This document shows, in pieces, positions 18,254 to 27,200 of a stretch of DNA of 64,000 nucleotides. The notes beneath the pieces are model-generated. The model made no database searches. It had not been told where the DNA came from and saw nothing but the letters and a program-made list of their open reading frames with translations. Source of the stretch: Candidatus Magasanikiibacteriota bacterium. Lineage in GTDB: Bacteria; Patescibacteriota; Patescibacteriia; Magasanikbacterales; GWA2-37-8. The translations under genes and the position numbers were made by a program. Location of the stretch: contig CAWDHY010000001.1 of NCBI GenBank assembly GCA_963802255.1, positions 171,842-235,841 of the forward strand. The letters are read 5' to 3'. The first letter of the stretch is position 1. Each line of letters opens with the position of its first letter.

Positions 18254-21200
18254 ATGATTTGGAGGGAAAAAAAACAGGAAAGTAATTTTTGGGTTATGAA
18301 AAAGACGGCAAAAAATATCATGCTCGGTGTGTTTATTTTGCTTGTTTTTTTGTTGGCCGATTTAGCAAGTGCAATTCCAAATGCTATAAATTATCAGGCG
18401 CGTCTGCGCGATAATTTAGGCGCTCCAATTATTGCGTCAACCACTGTTCAATTTTCAATTTACAATAATCTAACCGGCGGTGCGCCAACTGACACTCCGG
18501 GACAAAGCGGTCCATTGCTTTGGACGGAAACATATGATCAGGCGAGTGGCGCTTGCGTTAAGGTATCTCCTGACGCAAATGGCTATTTTACTTTAACTCT
18601 TGGCGAGTGCGTTGCTTTCCCCGGTTATTTGGATTTTTCCAGTGGCACATATTATTTGGGTGTAAAGATTGATACCGATGCCGAAGCTTCGCCTCGGGTA
18701 AAATTAAATTCTCATCCATACGCTTTAAACTCTGACCGTGTAGACGGGTTTCACGCTACTTCCACCGCCACAGCCAATCAGTTGTTGGCGCTGGGAAATG
18801 ATTTAAGTTTTAATATTGGCACCGGTTCATATTCCGGAGCCGGAATTAGTCTCACGTCATCAACAGCCACGTCAAGCATAAGTGGCAATCTTTCGGTCAT
18901 TGGCAATTCCACTTTTGCCACCGCGACAATAGATAATCTAATCTTAACCAATCCGTTAACTTTAACAAATTTAAACTTCACAAATGCTACTGGCACAAAT
19001 TTATCACTTACTAATTTGACCGTTAGCGGTACTTCTACATTGGGCATTATTAATGCCGGTACATGGCAGGGGAGTATTATTGACCCGGCATATGGTGGTA
19101 CTGGTCAAGACACTTCCGGTTGGAGTGGATTTGTAAAATTATCAGCCGGAGTTTGGAGCACCTCAACTATCAGTTTAACTTCAGATGTTTCCGGAATATT
19201 ACCGATTGCCAACGGGGGTACCAATGCTTCATCTTTTTCGCCATATCAATTTTTATGGTTTGATGGTTCGCAGTTAACTGCCAGCGGATTTACCAGCTCA
19301 AGCTTCCTAACTTATGGCACGGACGATTGGGTGGATATCACCGGCGATACAATGACTGGAGCCTTGATAATAAATAACGACTTATCCGTAACAGGTACTT
19401 CTACATTGGCCACTACATCAGCAAGTAATTTGCGTTTAGGCGACGCCTATTTATTTCCAACAGATGCCCCTATTTTAGTTTCATATAAGCAATACACTGA
19501 CCTTACAAATTTTGAATTTTTTCCGGCACATGCCTTTATCGTTGATTTGTTGCCGACAGCTGACTCGTCATCAACCATTAATTCATTGATTTCTTTAACA
19601 ACCAATGAAAATAGTACCACCAGTTTTGATTTGATCGCCGGAACGTTGTCGCAAGTAATACACAATGGTTCAGGGGTAGTTGGCGCGGCTGTCGGTTCTT
19701 TGTCAGTCGCAGAATTAGCCAGCGCAACAGGCAGTATAAATTTTGCCGTAGGAGTTGCCGGGCAAGTGAACAATGGAATTGAGAACTCAACTTATTCCGG
19801 TACAATAAATATGGCGGCCGGTGTTTTGGCCATGATTGAAAATGGTATAGGTGGCGGTACTATTGGCAATGCTGCCGGGTTGATGACAAACATAACTATT
19901 GATGATGGTTTTATCAACAGTGCTTATGGCGCGAGGATAAATAATCCGACAAGTAATAGCGCTTCAGGAACTATTGGGGAGTTGTATGGCTTATATATAG
20001 AAGAACAAAATTTTGCCACTACTTCCAATTATAATATTTATTCGGGTGGTGCCAGTTCCACCAATTATTTTGGCGGGCGCGTTGGTATTGGTACAACGAC
20101 GCCGAGTTACAATTTGCATGTAGTTCATAATGAAAATTACAACGGACCGCTTGTAACTTTTGAAAATATAAATAACGGAGCAAGCTCAACTGAGCTGATG
20201 CAATTTAAAGTTGGCAATTATGGCGGTGGTATTGGTGTTGCTGGTGAAAATTTTAGTGATTGGGGGTTAACCAACATAGCCGGTTACACTGCTTTAGTAT
20301 CAGGGTTCCCCGGCGCCAGCGGCAACGGGCTTGCTTTACTTGCCGGCCAATCAGGTAATATCATTTTTTACTCTGGTGGCTATGGTCCACCGACAATGGA
20401 CACTGAAAGAATGCGTATTGAAAATGACGGACGAGTTGCCATTGGCACTTCATCAACATTTGAAATGCTTACTGTCGCCGGTGGTATTAATATCGGCGCT
20501 ACTACCACTCCGACTTCTACAGCCGGCACAATTGCTTTCAATGGCACTGACTTTATCGGCTACACCGGTTCGAGTTGGGTGTCTTTAACTGCCGGAATTG
20601 GCGGGGTGACGGGTTCGGGTTCAATCGGCCAACTTTCTTTCTGGGACAGTGCTTCATCAATTACTGGAACCACATCATTATTTTGGGATGATGCTAATGG
20701 TTATTTGGGTATTGGAACCAGTACCCCAGCATCAATTTTTTACGCAGTTGAAGACAATGATTCATGGACAATGGCTCAAGTGCACAATTTAAATACCGGC
20801 CCCAGTTCAACTGCATCTTTAATAGTGCGGGTGGGAGAAGATTGGGGAGGCGGGCTATTCCAAGCGTCACCAAATTTTAGCGATTATGGTTTAGCAAATC
20901 TGGCGGGATATACGGTTTTGTTATCGGGTGCTCCGGATATTCAGTCAAATGGTTTGGCATTAGCTGCCACCGGCGATGGTAATATGATTTTTTATGCTGG
21001 CGGTAATGGACCGCCGACAGCAGATGTTGAACGGATGCGCATAGAATCAAATGGTTTTGTGGGCATTGGAACATCTACACCGAATTATTTATTGGATATC
21101 TTTTCAACTTCTTCAACTGTTGATTTATTTCGTGCTTCTAATGGTAGTACCGGTTTATTTACTATAAATAATAATGGACGAGTTGGTATTGGAACGGATG

Positions 21201-24200
21201 TGTTGACCGGCAACAATCGTCTGCAAATAAATGTTGGTTCCAGCACGCCAACCATTTCGGCCGTGTCTTCTGTTTTTGAAATTGATTCTGAAAGCGGTGA
21301 TTTTTCTGATTTTAATTTCCGGCTTTCCACGACTGGAACAGGTTCCTATCCGGCAATGTATTTTTCTCGTTCCCGCGGTACGCTTGCAGTTCCGGAAATT
21401 TCACAAAATAATGATATTCTTGGTGAAAATATTTTCCAAGGATATTTTGGTACCGATTTTCAAAAGGCCGCAACGATAAGAGCAACTGTTGATGGTAACC
21501 CCACCACCTGGGCGGTGCCGGGTAAACTTTCATTCTTTACAGCTCCGGATATCGCAACTGGTACAGCGCCTTTAGAGCGCATGACTATTAGAAATACCGG
21601 TGATATTGGCATCGGTACCACAACACCGCTTGCCAAATTAGATATTTATGGTGATTTGATTTTATCCGGATCGGACCGGTATTTAAATTTTAATAATGCC
21701 ACCGGGTCGGATGGTTATGGTCTTAGAGACAATGGAGGCCGAATACAATTTAAACACGAAAGCGGATCATGGGAAGATTTATACGGTAAAATTAATCACA
21801 TAATAAATGTAGCAAAAAGCGGGGGAGATTTTAGTGATATCGGCGAGGCAATAGCATTTGCCAACTCATCAACATATGATGTGATTGTCAATATTTATCC
21901 CGGCATTTATGAAGTATCCTCAACATTAGAAATTACCAGCTCGTATATCAAAGGTATCAGAGGTATGTCGCTTAGTGGTGTCATACTTACGCCAACGGAT
22001 GCTTTGGTGACCGCGGCAGAACCGGTTTTTGATATTAATTTCACTTCTAGTTCATCAAATTTTTCCATGTCCGAGTTTACCATAGACGGTAGCGGTGCGT
22101 CCGGATTTAAAGATACGACGGGTTGTGACGCCATAAACATTTCAAGCGAAGGTACTGATTGGCTTGAATTAGAAAAATTATATATTTCAGATGTTAACCG
22201 CGGTATTGATTTACAAGTGGCCAATTTGGCGGATATCTATCATGTAGATTTTTACAATATTGGTAATGCCGGCGTATATATAGATAATGGCGGAATATTG
22301 CAGGTGGAAAATTCATATATGGAAGAATCGGACACCTATTATGCTTATATTGACAGTACAACAGGAGCCTCCGAATTTTATATGGTCGGCAGTGAGTTTG
22401 GTTCTTACAATGATTCGGGAACAGGTCTGTATATGGCCGGCGATAATTCATATTCGGAAATTCGTTATTCCAATATGTGGGGCCTGGATAATAATATTGT
22501 GGTAAATGATGCTTCAACTGTTAAAGTGACTGCCAGCTACCTGCAGAAAGCGCTAACTTATAATGTTGTCCAAAATGGCGATTCAACCGTTAATATTTCA
22601 TCAAGCGACGGAGCTTTTTCCAGCACTGATATCAGTATAAACAATGCGGACAATGTATATTTTTATGCTTTAGCAGAAGAAGAAAGCACGGTGCTTTTTG
22701 GCAGACACGACAATATTGATCAGGATATTTTGAAAGTTGATACCGGCCAGGCGCTTTTGCCAAAATTATCGTATCGGAAAGATTATTACGGAAACAGCGG
22801 CTTGTTATTTATCAATGATAACCCGGGCGAAGAAACAATGTTTGGCGTACAGGCGACCAGCAGTTGGGCGAGGTTATCCGCTGTTAGTGGGGATCGTGGT
22901 ACTGGTGCGGCTTTGCTTCTTTATTCTGATACCGAAGATTTTGGCACAACTTCCAGTTTGCGTGGATGGGCCATGTCCAGAAACGGCGCAGATGCAAATT
23001 TAATATTTTCATTTGACAACAGTGATACAGGGGATAGCAAATCAGTTGTTGAAGATAATCGCGTAATGGAGCTGGATGGTTTTAATACACAAATGCTGGT
23101 TAAAGGAGGCGCGATATTTAATACTTCAAGCGGTGCGTTTGATTTTATTGTCCACGGCGATAGTGATGATAATTTATTATTTGTCCAAGGAAGCTCAGAT
23201 AACATTGGTATTGGTACTTCAACGCCCGGATATAAACTTACAGTTGATGGTGATGTGAATATTACCGGTGCATATCGTATTAATGGCGTGTCACTAACCA
23301 CCTTGAATCCGGGGACGCTTACAGGACAGTTTGCTTATTGGGATGGCTCTGCGTGGTCGCCGACAAGTTCAGTGTTTATATCTTCTGATGGTAAAATCGG
23401 TATTGGTACAACTACTCCGTTAAACGCATTAAGCGTATCGGGTGGTATATATGTTGCGAGCGGCACACCTGCGAATACTGATTTTGCTCTTTATAATAAT
23501 AATGGTCAGCTATATTGGAATGGGTTGCCTGTTATGGGTGGAAGTACAAGCACATATATTATTGATTCTGACGGTGATACCAGAGTAATGACAGAGAATT
23601 CACCGGATGAAGATTATATCCGATTTGAAACTGCAGGCGTGCAAAGGATGGTTATTGATAATAACGGCCTAATTGCCATTAATACAACTACACAAGATGG
23701 TAGAGCAATGTATATTTATGGTGATATAAACAGTGATGTAACTTTAGCACTCCATAATAATAATGCCGGTGTTTCTTCAACAGCAGAATTGGCATTATAT
23801 AATGATCTGGGGAAAATTGGCGGATTAGCCGGGTTAAGTTCAGGGTGGAACGACGGTCTTCCCGGAATTTCCGGAAGCTTAGCTTTATATTCAGTGAGTG
23901 ATTTGTTATTATCCACCATGGGTGCGGGTGGTGATATTATTTTTGATGTTGATCCGAGCGATGAATTCAGGAGCTTAACGATTGCCGGTGTTGGCGGAGC
24001 TAACGCCGGATATGTTGGTATTGCAACTTCATCGCCCCTTGCTCCATTGGATGTTTATGGAAACATGATTTTGTCCGGAGATAATCGCTATATTAATTTC
24101 GGCACAACTACCGGAGTGGCTGGATATGGTTTTCGCGATAATAATGGTGTAATGGAGCTCCGGAATATTAATAATAATCTAAATGTTTGGTCGGAAATAG

Positions 24201-27200
24201 TTGTTGGCGACGCCCTTCTGGAAGCTAATGTCATTTATGTTTCTGGAGAAAGCGGTAATGATGTTTTTAGCGGTATGTCCCCAGCAAAAGCCAAAAAAAC
24301 AATTGGTGCGGCTATTACGGCGGCGGCTGCTTCAACCACGGCTAACAGTACATATTTAGTCAAAGTTGCACCGGGTACATATAATGAAAATATATCCATG
24401 GCAGATTATGTTCGTATTGAGGGGTCTGGCCGTAATACTGTCGTGAGCGGAACAATTACTTCAAATGTAAATACCAGCACTGTTTTAGAAAAAATTCGTG
24501 TTGTAAGTACAAACGATTACGCGATAAAATTGACTGGGGCTGGTCGTACAAATTTGAATAATATTGTCGTGGAGGCAAACTATAATAATGACGCGGCAGT
24601 GCAGGCGGCAGTTTATCAGGAAAAAGGTACGCTCTATGCGATGGGCGGTACCAGCCAATATAAATTAACACGTTCTAACGATGCGGCAGGTACAAAAATA
24701 AACACCTTATTTTATTTAAGCGGTAGCAATCTTATCCGCTCAAATATTTTGAATCTTGAAGCACAAGTTGTAACCTATGACACTACAGATGATTTATCTT
24801 ATATTTATACGGACAATAGTAATGCAAGTAGTGTCGCAACAGTAAAAGACGCAGTAGTTAGTTTTTCCGTCTATGGCAATCCTCCTGCAAATTTTATCAA
24901 ATACATTTATCATAGTGGCGCTTCTTTAAATAGTTATATTGATGCTAGTTTCTTAACTGCAGTCGCAATTTTCCCTGGTACGGTAAATTTTGTTCCGGCC
25001 TACATTGCTAATTCCGGCTCAACTTCCACCGTTAAAATTACCAACTCCACATTCAATTGGGCTGGTGCCGGTATTTCAGAAAATAGTGTTTATTTATCCG
25101 CTGCGATTACAGACAAAGATCAGGTTTCTTTAGTTGAAAATAGTTTTGGCACAGTGAGCGATATTTTCCCGGTGGCTTATACTACAGACGGATCTTCCGG
25201 TACAATAAGGTATTTTATTGAAAATGGTTTGGGGAATATCCAAAATACCGCTTTCACCACATATAATGGTAGTTTTGGTATTGGCACATCCACGCCTTAC
25301 GATCTTTTAGAAATTTGGGGAGTGGATCTTACATCAAGCCCGACATCAAGTCGGAACTATATTACTGTGGTGGCAAATGGCAACGGAGAAACCGGTAATT
25401 ATTTTCGTCGCGTAAATTCCGGCGGTTATGATAATGGCTGGAGTTGGTATATGCCAACGAGCAGTATGGACTTTCGTTTATGGGATGACTCGGTTGGGGC
25501 AGAAGGGGATGATGTTTTGACTGTGCAGGCCGGCACCGGCAATATTGGTATTGGCACGGCGCTGTATGATCCTCTTAACAAGCTTCATGTTGATGGCGGA
25601 ATATATTTGGGTGATACAGCGTCAGCGACATCAACTTATTCTTTATATAATATTGGCGGAGCATTGTATTGGAATGGAAATTTATTGATGAGTGCCGGCG
25701 GTTCTGCTGCAAATTGGATATTGGCCAGCCACAATGGATTGAATCTTACAACCTCAACAAGCATTCCTGTTTGGTTCCAAGATAGTGTTTATGCCAGTTC
25801 GTCATTATATGTTGATGGAGGATCATACTTGGCTACAACAACTATTTCTAATGCGACAGTCGGTTACCTGGTAATAAATAATACTGTAACTACAACTAAT
25901 CTTGTAGCGACCGGCAATATCACTTTGGGTGGTGTAGCCAGAAATACTTGGCCGTCCGGAGGCGGAGGCGATTCCAATTGGGCGACAACTTCGGCCAGTG
26001 TACTTTATCCCTCTTTGACCCCTCCTTATGCGGTGGTTATTGGAGCAAGTGTGACATCATCGGATGTAATTTTTGAGGTGGCTGGTGATTCGTATATGAG
26101 TGGTGATTTGAATGTAGGTGGTAGCCTAACAATTGATGGGAATTTTCAGGCTGACTATTTTACGGCAGTATCAACCACCGCAATTTCTTATCTTGGCGGT
26201 GGAATGGTGCTTGGCGACCCGAATGCTACCGGTATAACCGGTTATGAAAGAATAATTTTGAGCGATGATATTGGAGCTTTTTCTGACTTCTCATTTAAAG
26301 TTGCAGGCAATGGTTACCCGGTATTTAATCTGGGATCTTCCGGAGGCACAACTGCAGCGCCATCATTAACCGGCAATAATAACAATCTTGGCGGACTGGA
26401 TTTTTATGGTTATGATGGGGCGGCATGGCAAAAGGCAGGTGGTATCATTGGACAAGCTGACGGAACACCGGGGTTAAACAATATGCCAGGGAAAATTGTA
26501 TTTAGTACAACTCCGACTGGATCGGCAACCCCCGCAGACAGAATGGTAATTGATAGTAGAGGCTTTGTCGGGATAGGTACAACCACTCCGAGTGCTCCGT
26601 TGCACGTAGTCACCGCCACATCAGGCCCGGCCATGACAATACTTCAAAAAACAATTGCCGGCGCTACTAATTTAAATTTTGTCACGAATAATAATAAATA
26701 TTGGCAATTATCCAAACGTGATGCGACACAAGACGATAAGTTTATTTTCTATTATGTAAATGATAGCGGACTATTCACAAATATTTTGACTTTGGGGGCT
26801 ACCGGAACAGTGGGTATTAACAATGAAAATCCAAACGCCATGTTAACAATTTCCGGCACATCCACCTATCCGCTTTTGAATATTATGACCAGCTCTTCAG
26901 CCACTGGAATGTATATTAGTAATATTGGTAATGTTGGTATCGGAACAACAGACCCGAATTATCATAAATTAAGAGTTTATGCAGATGATAGCGATGTTTC
27001 GGCTGAAGTTAAGACAGCGTCATCGTCAAAAGTAGCCCTGTTTAATCTTAAGGCCGGTGGTGATACCAATGTTTTGCAACTCGGTTATTATGGATCCACT
27101 ACCCCTGGTTTTGCCGGCATCCCGCCGGACAGCGCCGTGTTTGACGCGGTCGCGCCTGGAGGAGCCTATATTATTAATGAAGCAAGCGGAGCCCCAATCG